Assembly: GCA_951406725.2 (NCBI GenBank)
Contig: OX597814.1
Span: 53,320,001-53,384,000, forward strand
Direction: 5' to 3'
Source of the DNA: Octopus vulgaris
Taxonomy: Eukaryota
DNA length: 64,000 nucleotides
The stretch's first letter is position 1. Each line of letters starts with the position of its first letter. The position numbers and the translations under genes were made by a program. Positions 53,516 through 64,000 of the stretch are shown here, one piece after another. The notes under the pieces were generated by a model. It was not told where the DNA came from, ran no database searches, and saw nothing but the letters and a program-made list of their open reading frames with translations.

Positions 53516-55515
53516 CAGTGATACCTTGATGGGGCGGGGAGGAGGATTATTGTTTAGAAGGAGATTCTCATTCCATTAAGACTTCAGGAAGAACAATTTC
53601 TGATGTTTTTCTCTCACTTCGCTTATTTTAGGCTTTTTGGACACATTTTCTTCACTTTTTATATTTGCAGGTCGTTTCATTAGAAACATATCAAGAGAAG
53701 TCTGCTGTTTCCTACTTCTCAAAATGCTACCAAAATGGACCAGAGCAAAGTTATTAAATAAAACAGCTGTAGCTACTTTTGCAGGATGATATTTTTCTAC
53801 AAATTCAGAAACATACTCTCACTTTGCCAACACTCCCTTTATGTCACTCGTAGAGATAGCATTCTCCACTACGCTATCCTCCTCCGGGGAACCAATCTTT
53901 TCCACCGCATCCAAATGCTGCTGCTCCAAAAGTTGCAGGAGTTCATCTGTCATCAGCTCCTCTGAGTGTTCCTCGATGAGATCGTTAATGTCCCCATCAT
54001 CAACCTCGATGCCCATGGACTCGTTAAAGTATGCTATCTCCTCAGCTACAGGTGCCTCAAACTCAAACCCCTCGAAGTTGCTTTCAGATACGCAGTCAGG
54101 CCATAGTTTCTTCCATGCAGAATTCAGTGTTCTCCTCGTTACAACTTGCCAGGCCATATCGATGATTTTCAGGCAGTTTACAATGTTGTAGTGCTCCTTT
54201 CAAAACTCGTGAGTGGTTAGATTTGTATTTTCGGTGACTTCAAAGCGTCGACGAAATAGGCTTCTGGTGTACAATTCTTAAAATCAGAAATCGCCTGTTG
54301 GTCCATGGGCTGCAAGACAGGGGCGGTGTTGCGTGAAAGGTACAGAACTTTTATAAATTTAAATTCGTCCAGGATATCATCTTCGAGGTTAGGAGCGTGA
54401 GGATAAGGAGGACCTTGAGTGGAAGATCATTCTTCAGAAGGTACCTTTTCACTGCTGGTTCGAAGACAAGGTTGACTCACTCGGAGAAGAATTGCCTGGT
54501 GACCCAGACCTTAATGTTTGCCCTCCACATGAACTGCAGCTTCTCCTTCAGGATTTTGTGCAAACTGAACGCTCGTGGGTTTTCGGAAAGGTAGACAAGG
54601 AGCGGCTTAAGCTTCACGTCTCCCTTCGCATTGGCACCAAGGACGAGAGTTAGCCTATCTTTCATAGGCTTGTGGCCTGCATTTTCTTCTCCACTGCAGT
54701 TATGTAGGTTTTTCTGGGCATTTTTTACCCAAAAAGGCCAGTTTCGTCACAGTTGAATACCTGTTGTGCAATGTACCCCGCATCTGCGAAGAGCTGACGG
54801 AATTCACGCGTGAAATTTTCAGCTGACTTTGTGTCAAACCTCGCTGTTTCTCCATATCTGACGACGCTATGAACACCAGCCCTATTCTTAAAATTATCAG
54901 ACCAGCCGCGACTTGCCTTAAATACGTCAGCTGATGTCTCTTCAGTCGATGTTCCAGGGTTCTGCTTTAGCAGATCCCCATACAGCACTCGTGCTTTCTA
55001 GCATATGATGGTCTCCGTAATCGTATCTCTTGCGAGTTGCTTTTCGTTCATCCACAGGAGAAGCAATTTTTCCATTCTTTTCTGCTTCGGCCGTATTGAC
55101 ATGCTATGTCCACTACATGCACTCCTTTCATATTTATCAATTATTTCCTTCTTCAATTCTATCGCAATCAACTTTTTCTTCTTCTCAGCACTATCCTTTG
55201 CACTAACTTTCTTAGGACCCATGGCTAACACAATTAATTATTATACAATGATAGCAAAAGATACACAAAACTAAACAAAAACACCGGGAAAAACACAAAA
55301 GGGATGCTGACACGAGATAAAGACGTGAACTGAGCGAGCGAAGACAGCACCTGTTGGGAGAGCGTGTGCGAGCTCAGCGTTGACTAGCGGTCGCTTGCAT
55401 GAATCTCGTGCGTACTGCGGATTTTCGGTTGTACATCAAAACAAAAATTCGCATGAGTCTCGGCTCGTACAGAAAATTACCCGTGCAATGGGGCACCCGT
55501 ACTGGGGTTCTACTG
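53516..55515 (-). mobile_element. Tigger/pogo DNA transposon with degenerate transposase
   Basis: MGPKKVSAKDSAEKKKK..IELKKEIIDKYER, FKASRGWSDNFKNR, QQVFNCDETGLF, KDRLTLVLGANAKGD, LQPMDQQAIS, NSAWKKLWP. CAGT..ACTG ends with TA flanks; many frameshifts. Confidence 0.92.
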
Positions 55516-55637
<122 letters not shown>

Positions 55638-55796
55638 CCGTATTTGATGGCCTGTAAGACGCACCTTTTTTGTCCAAAAATGGCTTTAAAATCTCCCTGC
55701 GTCCAATGCACTCAATGTAGGCTCAAAACTCGCTCAAAATGGTATGTACGTTTACAAAACGTGTGCTGCCATCTATTGGTGAATAATCGCCTACGG
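55638..55796. mobile_element. pogo/Tc2-like MITE
   Basis: TA-ccgtatttgatggcctgtaagacgcac..tacgg-TA. Confidence 0.55.
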
Positions 55797-55814
55797 TATG
55801 TTTATATCGAATGT

Positions 55815-56021
55815 TTCCCGGTTTCAATGGCGTGTGTCTTTCCCAGCTGGACGGGACGCCAATCCATCGCAGCGTTACTCATTTTTGCCAGCTGAGTGGA
55901 CTGGAGCAACGTGAATGAAGTGCTTTGCTCAAGAACACAACGCGTCGCCCGGTCCAGGAATCGAAACCACAATCTTACGATCATGATACTGACACCCTAA
56001 CCACTAAGCCACGCGCCTCCA
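55815..56021 (-). mobile_element. tRNA-derived SINE (family D-related)
   Basis: Minus strand: ggaggcgcgtggcttagtggttagggtg..gtttcgattcc..gtgttcttgagcaaagcact. Confidence 0.85.
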
Positions 56022-56606
56022 TCCTCGTATGATATATAACTATAACAATAGTATTGCTAAGATACATGATTACTGATGTTCTAGTTGCGACCATCACGCT
56101 CCTTCTTCTATCAAAGACTACATTTTCCCATTGCGTCTTCTGTGTTAAGAATGCAAAATGTAATCTGAGATGCTAGGTCGACACAAAGCACAGAGGTTCC
56201 CACGTTGACACGTTTACACGTGCATATTTTGAACACATAGAGGTAGTGGTGGAATGGGACACTGAGTTAGATTGGCAGCCCTAGTTTAGGGGCAACTTGA
56301 TAGGTGGCAAACTGTGCGAAGAATACAGATTCAAACACTACAATTCTATGCGAAACATTTAAATGGCAACAGTTTCGTAAAATTATATCTCTTAACAGGA
56401 TGTCTAAAATGTCTGAAAGAGTAATGAAACATGTCTGGAATGAGACTTGAATCTATCCTTTGGCAATGTTTTTTTTATTTTTTTACTGAGCTGCAGTATA
56501 CGACTTGTTTGATAATTAACATATCTCATAAACAAGACCATATAGATGCAAAGATGAATGCATACATACATATATATTCACACATATATGTAACCATTTC
56601 TCTCTT

Positions 56607-56645
<39 letters not shown>

Positions 56646-56669
56646 ATATATATACGTGTGTGTGTGTGT

Positions 56670-57227
56670 GGTATGAACAATAAGTATCTGGACTGTTGCC
56701 ATAGTAACGAAGTTAAAGTACACTTAGTGAAGCACAGATTGACCTTGAACTCTGCTGTGTATGTGCACTAAATTTTAACGCACTAGCTCACTTCTGTTAT
56801 TTACAGTAGTGCTTGGAAGTAACGTGTGTAACGTGTGATCGTCACATTGACCATGACGGAAAAAAATTGAGAAGAGAATCTGGATCAAAATTTTACCAAA
56901 TCTTGGAGATACCTGCTCAGAGGCCTCTACAAAGTTTTCTAAAGGTTTTCATCGATCTCAACACAATCAAAGAGATTTTGTGCAACAAAAACCCGATTGT
57001 CTTTTTCCTCAGCTGAAAGCAGTTTTGGCACAAACCTGGCAGACATGCGTTTCATACCCAATTCTTCATTAATAATGGACTGAGCTGGACCGTAACTCAC
57101 CTGCACATCCACTGATAGCTCACAGATGGTGATTTGACGACCTCCCCTCACAGCTGCACGCACATATGCGATGTTTTTTTTCAGTTCTGCTGGTTGCGGG
57201 TCTCCCAGAACGTTTGTCACTGTCGAC
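56670..57227. mobile_element. Mariner remnant with an internal inversion
   Basis: Plus strand: 5' region and MTEKIEKRIWIK from 56853. Minus strand 56939-57227: RQITICELS..IINEELGMKRMSARFVPKLLS. Confidence 0.8.
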
Positions 57228-57234
57228 ATATATA

Positions 57235-57284
<50 letters not shown>

Positions 57285-57608
57285 TATATTAAATCTCTGA
57301 GTCAGATGTAAACATTAGCAATACGGAATCATAACATATAATTGCGAATCAAGTGTGGCGTCCTATATGGGACAATGCTACTGACGTTTATAGCTCCAGG
57401 AACACATCTCTTCCAGCTGGCTAACGATACACATTCTGTGCCCGATTAGTATTTGTGAGAGGAAGTCATCGCTCCCATCCCTAGCCTTACGTCATACACC
57501 CGGACCCGGGTTTCTGGCTAGTTACCCGTGTTCAGCTAGTGATGAAAACTCACCCCACTCGCAGATTACTATATTCTTTTTCCAGCGACGAACCGTCTCT
57601 CTCTCTCT

Positions 57609-57651
<43 letters not shown>

Positions 57652-59270
57652 AACACATATCCTTCAATTTTTTTATTCTTTTACATATTCTAGTCATTTG
57701 ACGGCCAAACTGGAGCACCACCGTCAAGGGTTTTATTCGAAGAAATCGACGCATGTACATATATAGACACACAAGAGTATGTGAAAAAATCAAATGAAAT
57801 AACGCTCGTACGTACGCACGCACGTATGTATGTATGTGTGTATGTATGTATGTATATATGTATGCATGTATGTATGTATGTATGTATGTATGTATGTATG
57901 TATGTATGTATGTATGCATGCACGTATGTATGTATGTATGTATGTATGTATGTATCCATTTAAAAATATCACATTTCGAAGTCTTATACCCGAAGGCCAT
58001 TCTCAGACGAAGATACTTGACAGAAAATAGAACTCAGGTACATTCAAATGATGCAACGTTGTATCATTCAATACTACAATACTGGTTGCTACGGTCTTGA
58101 TTGTGATTATAGCAACAAGATAAAGAGATGTAAAAGAACAACAAAAATAAGAGCAAGAAATGAATAAGAAAGAATAGAGAAATGACATACAATGAAAAAA
58201 TCGTATTTCGATGTATTTCAGAAAAGGAGGGGTAAAGGAATCTAGCTAGAAACAGTACTTTGTATGTAATATGTATAAGATGTAGCTTGTATGTAAAATG
58301 TCAGGGTTTTTCAATAGATACTTAAGCTCTTTCGAGATTTGGACAACCCGCATTAAAGGACGATTTGTTTGTCTTTTAGCATTTACGCTATTCTCCAAGA
58401 ATTTCTGCAAAACTGATAAATACATTGATTTCTTCTCGATGTTTTTGTTTTTAATGCTCCAGGCTATAGATGTATATATTTGGAGGAGAGATAACTATCT
58501 TTTGCTATGTTAATGCGTTTCTGAGACGAATTAACCATGTAAATGTTGTAGTAAATGACTTGAAAAAACAACACCAGCTAAAATTGGGGAGAATAATATG
58601 AAGAGAGATGTTATTTCCTACGTGGGAAGCTGTGCATTGTATCTTACATGTATTTTAGCAGACTTAGATGACTTCACAATGAATTAAAATTGGTTGTGGA
58701 GGAAGGTCAAAGTGTCAGACGATATTCCGTTACGGTCCTTCACGTTTCTGAGTTGAAACCAACCACAACTCAACTTTGGCATTATATTTCCAAATTCTAT
58801 CAAATAAAGTACCAGTCATATACTGGTAAAATATTATTGAAGGTTCCCTTCCAACAAATATATAGCTGTGTGCCAGTTTTCGAAAAACAAAATATAGGTA
58901 CACATCCACACACACACACACGCACGCACACACACACAAACACACACACACACACTCACACACACACGACAGAGGTAAATAGACACACTTATAATCATTA
59001 AAATTTATTTAAATATGAAATTATACACTCAAATTATTTATTAATTATTATTATGTGAATATCTAATATTTAGTAGGCATGTCCACATTCAGATTAACCC
59101 ACAATACGGCCTCCTTGAAATTTGGACAGTTTCAAGGCTTCTTTTGTACATGGCATGATTAAACAGTCACATATAGAACCTGAAACATAAAAATGTCCAT
59201 CAATAAAAAAAGTATAAACCTTTTCAAGCTAAAATAAACATAAAACAATGTTTTATGCAGTGTCTATTTA

Positions 59271-59478
<208 letters not shown>

Positions 59479-59617
59479 TATAATTTAGGTTATCTAGAGA
59501 TACCTCCACGCTGGGAATAGCAGCCAAAACTTGATTCTGAAACCACATTAAATGTTCATACAGCACCAGGAGGGAAGACAAAAGGACAATCTGAACTAGC
59601 AAAAAAATTACTGGATA

Positions 59618-59675
59618 ATTCCAGATCCCGGATTTCTGACTTTGCATAAGAAATGCTTTGCCTCATCAGTGGAAT
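59618..59675 (-). ncRNA. Type I hammerhead ribozyme
   Basis: Minus strand: AUUCCA-CUGAUGA-GGC-aaa-GCAU-uucuu-AUGC-aaa-GUC-a-GAAA-UCCGGG-AUC|UGGAAU. Confidence 0.7.
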
Positions 59676-59695
59676 ATATACAGATAGTAACATAA

Positions 59696-59788
<93 letters not shown>

Positions 59789-61074
59789 TAACATACGAAT
59801 ACTTACATATACGAACGTATACGTACATATATATGCACGTATGCACACGTGCATATATATGCCCGCCTATAACTCCTCGTGCGATATGGTCAAAATATCA
59901 ACCGCAGTAAATATAATGACGAAATAAATAAAAATTAATATAAATAAGGATAAGATCGTTAATTCAATTATCGATATTATCACACGAGTGCAGGCAAGAA
60001 GATTATTACTGTTTTCAATACCAATGAGATAGTATTACGTCTGATTATAACATCTAATACTTATATCTAATTATTCGAATTTGACATTCCCGAACACAAA
60101 TCTGAATTCGAAGTACAATATATTATTTTCAAAGCAGTACAGTTGTTCATCCATATGTATATCGGTATTTTGATTTGGGAATATACATTCATCTCTAAAT
60201 TGCACAAATGATTTCTTGGCCTCACTGCACTCTATTTTATAAATAGTAGCAATATCTCAAATATATTTATAAATAATATCGTTAATGCAACGAACCATAA
60301 ACGTGCAAGATTGAATAATCTAACGCCCTGTCAAATATATAGCTACCCAGAAAATTTGTATTGTTAGTGAGAGAACGTTTTGTATTTAGGCCGTTTTCGT
60401 GCCAAGGTACCAAGCTTGTAGAGAGAACGAAAGGTCTAATTATGTGAAAAGTGTAAACGAACAGTCTCTATTTGCTTTTGTGTCCCGTAGAGAGATTCGA
60501 TTTGACATGTGCACAAAAATCTCAATCCATTTCGGACCCGATTAATAATGATATTCATGCTGAACTTTGCTAGACACTCTGTTGAATGGAGACTAGTATA
60601 CCTGGTACCTATTTTATAAGTCACGGAGAATTTAATAAGTATTGCTAATTCTGCATCATTTGAATCTCGAGCATTAATGGCTACATGTTGCTACCTTTTT
60701 TTTAGGGAGAAATTAACGAGGATGTTGAAGGAAACATCTCAAACTATAGTATTTGTAGACTTATAAGTACTTCCAAATAGCTGTGATTGATGCCACTAAC
60801 TTTCCACTTAAACTGTTCTATAATGGGGACTACAAGCACAACGTACAAGGACAGTTCTCCAGAACACCAACCTCTAGAGAATACAGAGTGGACATATTAG
60901 TGAGTTGTGGGGCCTGGGATGATATAATATGAATTAACGAGAGGAGAGGAGTCGACTTATTCAGTTTCCATCAACACACGTCATGATCGTGCGAACTTAC
61001 ACAAAGCCTCCTATCCGAGAATGGAGAGCCAGATGGAGCCCATTGGTGGGTAACATAGCTATTCATTAAAAGGA

Positions 61075-61200
61075 CCCGATAGAATAAGTACCAGGCTTAA
61101 AGAAAATAAGTACTGCGGTCGATTCATTCGACTAAAAAATTCTCCAAGGCGGTGCCCCAGCATGGCCGCAGTATAATGGCTGAAACAATTAAAAGATAAA
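61075..61200 (+). mobile_element. SINE family B 3' tail
   Basis: gatagaataagtaccaggctt..aaggcggtgccccagcatggccgcag. Confidence 0.75.
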
Positions 61201-61844
61201 AGAATTGTATAAAAGAACTGTTAAAATATTTTTTGCATTGTGGGGTTATATCCAGTTTATTGCACATAAATTTTAACAAAAATATCTTATATTGACCCTT
61301 AAGGGCCATATGTCCTCCCTCCTCGTCGAGAACCACTGATTTGATTGTTTAACCACATGTCAGCAGACCTAGGTTCAAAAACTTTCAAGCCATGTTCACC
61401 TCACTTATTTTTTCAAGAGTATTACATTCCAAATCTAAATTATTTCAGTGACATATTTATAGATGGAATCAAATTTGCTATTATTTCTAAAAAACTGAAC
61501 GACCACATAGGAGCTCATACGCAGGGATACAGTGTTTAAAACATTCAATGTTTTCTGCAAACGGAAAAAAAATACAGCAAAAAACAAAGAAATAGTTAAG
61601 CATTACACTTTTCGACATCTCTTAAATAACTCTCTACCTCCATAATCTCTCTCTCATTCTTTTCCATATATCTCAATGGTGGTTTGATATTTAACAATGT
61701 GGAAGTAAGTGATGTTACTGGGACATTCAAGTGACATTTATGCCTGAAAGAAAAGGAGCTATATGAGTAGTCAGTCACTGACTATGATGGTCGTCAAGAG
61801 GTACAATAAAACATAGAAATGGCACATCCAAACAAGATCAGCAC

Positions 61845-62037
<193 letters not shown>

Positions 62038-62272
62038 ATCTATTTATTTATCTATCTATCTATCTATTTATCTAACTATCTGGCTAGCTAGCTAACTATC
62101 TATCTATCTATTCATATACATTTGTATGTACTTATGCTTTATACATATGTATATGTGTATATATATGTATGTATGCATGCATGTATGTATATACATATAC
62201 ATACATACATATATATATATATATTCTTGGAAATGGCTGCATGGCGTTTAATTAAATAATAGATAGTAAATA

Positions 62273-62343
<71 letters not shown>

Positions 62344-62354
62344 GAGAGAGAGAG

Positions 62355-62690
62355 TGAGTGAGTACGGGGTACGGGACGTCACCAACGGTGCAAACAACAA
62401 CAACATGAAATACGTAAACAACGAGAAAAAATGGAAAACAGGACAAGTAAACACAGAGAAAGGACCCTTCATCAGTTGCCGGCTGTCTATCTACTCCCCA
62501 TTTCGAGCATTCAGCGACAATATGAGTTTTCAAAGACAGTTGCTCCTATAAATTCTAAAATAAAATTTAGCATTTATGGAGGGTTCAAAAACATGACAGT
62601 TAAAACATACAAGGAAACTGAACGAAAACAAACATGGAGAGACGTTAGACCAGAACGAGAGGAAAATAGTAAAGCCAATAAGTTTCTATC
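62355..62690 (-). mobile_element. Probable PLE pLTR-type fragment
   Basis: Adjoins a microsatellite and carries GCUC-GAAA and CUGAUGA motifs in the same order as the 45400 fragment. Confidence 0.4.
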
Positions 62691-62807
62691 AACGAGGCAC
62701 AAATGATCTTGTTCATCGATGGCAGAGGTGCATAGATGTTCACGGCTAATACTTTGACTAATCAAAACATTTCTATTGTTAATTTTTCCAGAATAAAATT
62801 ATGTTTC

Positions 62808-62972
62808 TGTTGTGTGGACGCCCCCAGATGATGAAGACCAAAATGTAGATATAGAGGGAGAAGTCTAGACGTCGTCAGAGAACAGTTGAGTAGCGGTCAG
62901 AGTTGAGTGGAGTCGAGTAGACTATAGTCGAAAGCAGAGTTGAGAGAAGGCATCCGAACGTGCGACATAACA
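62808..62972. mobile_element. Possible short solo LTR
   Basis: TGTTGTG..CATAACA termini; flanks gtttc and atttc. Confidence 0.45.
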
Positions 62973-63060
62973 ATTTCTGAAATTGGCCATCATTTTTAGG
63001 ACAACCTAATAGAAAAACATAAAACTGGAGAAGCACACTCTAAGATGTAGAGCAGTTAAT

Positions 63061-63309
63061 ATTATAATGGGAGAGGCCGGTTTATGGGATTACCCTGGGT
63101 CTCCCGTCCACAAGGGGCTTAGCCTTACGGCGTATCGCCAAACCCCAAACCTGTTGGCTTAAGACCTCTTCAAAATATGAAGAGGTAAATAACATTTCCC
63201 CTTGTATATATTGAAGATGTCTTAGGCCAACAGGTTAGAGGTCTGAGACGATACCCCAAGCCCCTTGTGGACGGGAAACCCAGGGTAACCCCATAAACCG
63301 GACTGCCTC

Positions 63310-63318
<9 letters not shown>
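63061..63318. repeat. About 255-bp imperfect hairpin or palindromic MITE
   Basis: attataatg..ccggtttatgggattaccctgggtctcccgtccacaaggggctt pairs with aagccccttgtggacgggaaacccagggtaaccccataaaccgg..cattataat; tiny loop near 63190. Confidence 0.88.
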
Positions 63319-63389
<71 letters not shown>

Positions 63390-63444
63390 ATATACATGTA
63401 TATATATATGTATGTATATATATATGTGTGTGTGTATATATATA

Positions 63445-63478
<34 letters not shown>

Positions 63479-63490
63479 GGTATATATATA

Positions 63491-64000
63491 TTGGGTTGGC
63501 AACTAAGTTCCCGCCGTTTTTTTAAATTTTGGAATCTATTTTGTTTTTTCTAGTTAATTTTTTCAAGTTAATTGTTTATTTTCAGATCATTAAATTGGAA
63601 TGTCGAGTTAAGAAATACGAGCATTTTTGACATCTCCTTTTTGATTTTAATCAAGGTTCTAAGGCCACAAAAGCTGCTCGCGACATTTGTGCTGTGTATG
63701 GAGAAGGTGCCATAGCTGAAAGAACCGCTTGTGATCGGTAAACCAAGTTCAAAAATGGAAATTTTGACCTCAAAGACGCACCTAGTTCTGGCCGTCCATT
63801 TGAGTTCGATGAAGAGTGATTAAACCAACTTTTACACGAAAATTCTCGTCAAACGACAAGAGAACTGGCAGAGGAAATGGAATGCTCCCATACTGCTATA
63901 GAGAAGCATTTTCACTCGATAGGAAAGGTTCAGAAGTATGGGGCATGGGTTCTGCATGCTTTAAGTGACAACAAATATCAACGCGCCACAATCTCCGCTA
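63491..64000 (+). mobile_element. Mariner transposon 5' part, degenerate transposase, runs off the window
   Basis: TA-ttgggttggcaactaagt TIR; KAARDICAVYGEGAIAERT..KFKNGNFDLKDAPSSGRP..SRQTTRELAEEM..GAWVLHALS, with stops. Confidence 0.9.

Noticed and set aside
57375-57435. Minus-strand UAAACGUC with flanking stem
   Set aside because: No CUGANGA at the required position.
62820-62882. CUGACGA on the minus strand
   Set aside because: No paired stem II or GAAA downstream.

Overview
This is eukaryotic, AT-rich, microsatellite-saturated non-coding DNA (intron or intergenic), most likely from an octopus or other coleoid cephalopod; that is inferred from the tRNA-derived SINE families. I can support no intact host protein-coding gene, rRNA, true tRNA gene or CRISPR array. 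Almost all long ORFs in the track are translations of (TA)n, (CA)n, (TACA)n, (GA)n, (TAA)n or (GAA)n tracts. Recognisable content is decayed transposable elements: Tc1/mariner and Tigger/pogo remnants, hAT, piggyBac and pogo MITEs, a non-autonomous Helitron, R4/Dong-like, L1/Tx1-like and CR1-like LINE fragments, about 20 SINEs, and several Penelope-like element (PLE) remnants. The main hidden signal, which the ORF track does not show, is about 12 type I hammerhead ribozyme (HHR) motifs read by eye: 7 with intact catalytic cores and 5 degenerate. They include a direct tandem pair that would excise a 535-nt retrozyme-like RNA, and an inverted pair at the ends of a 1.2-kb near-perfect palindrome. 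A compact promoter-like cassette at 47.0-47.5 kb is also notable: five copies of ATTGG-N10-GATGACGTC (one ATTAG), a TATA box, a Kozak ATG and a splice donor. All calls are by eye, and boundaries are approximate unless stated.
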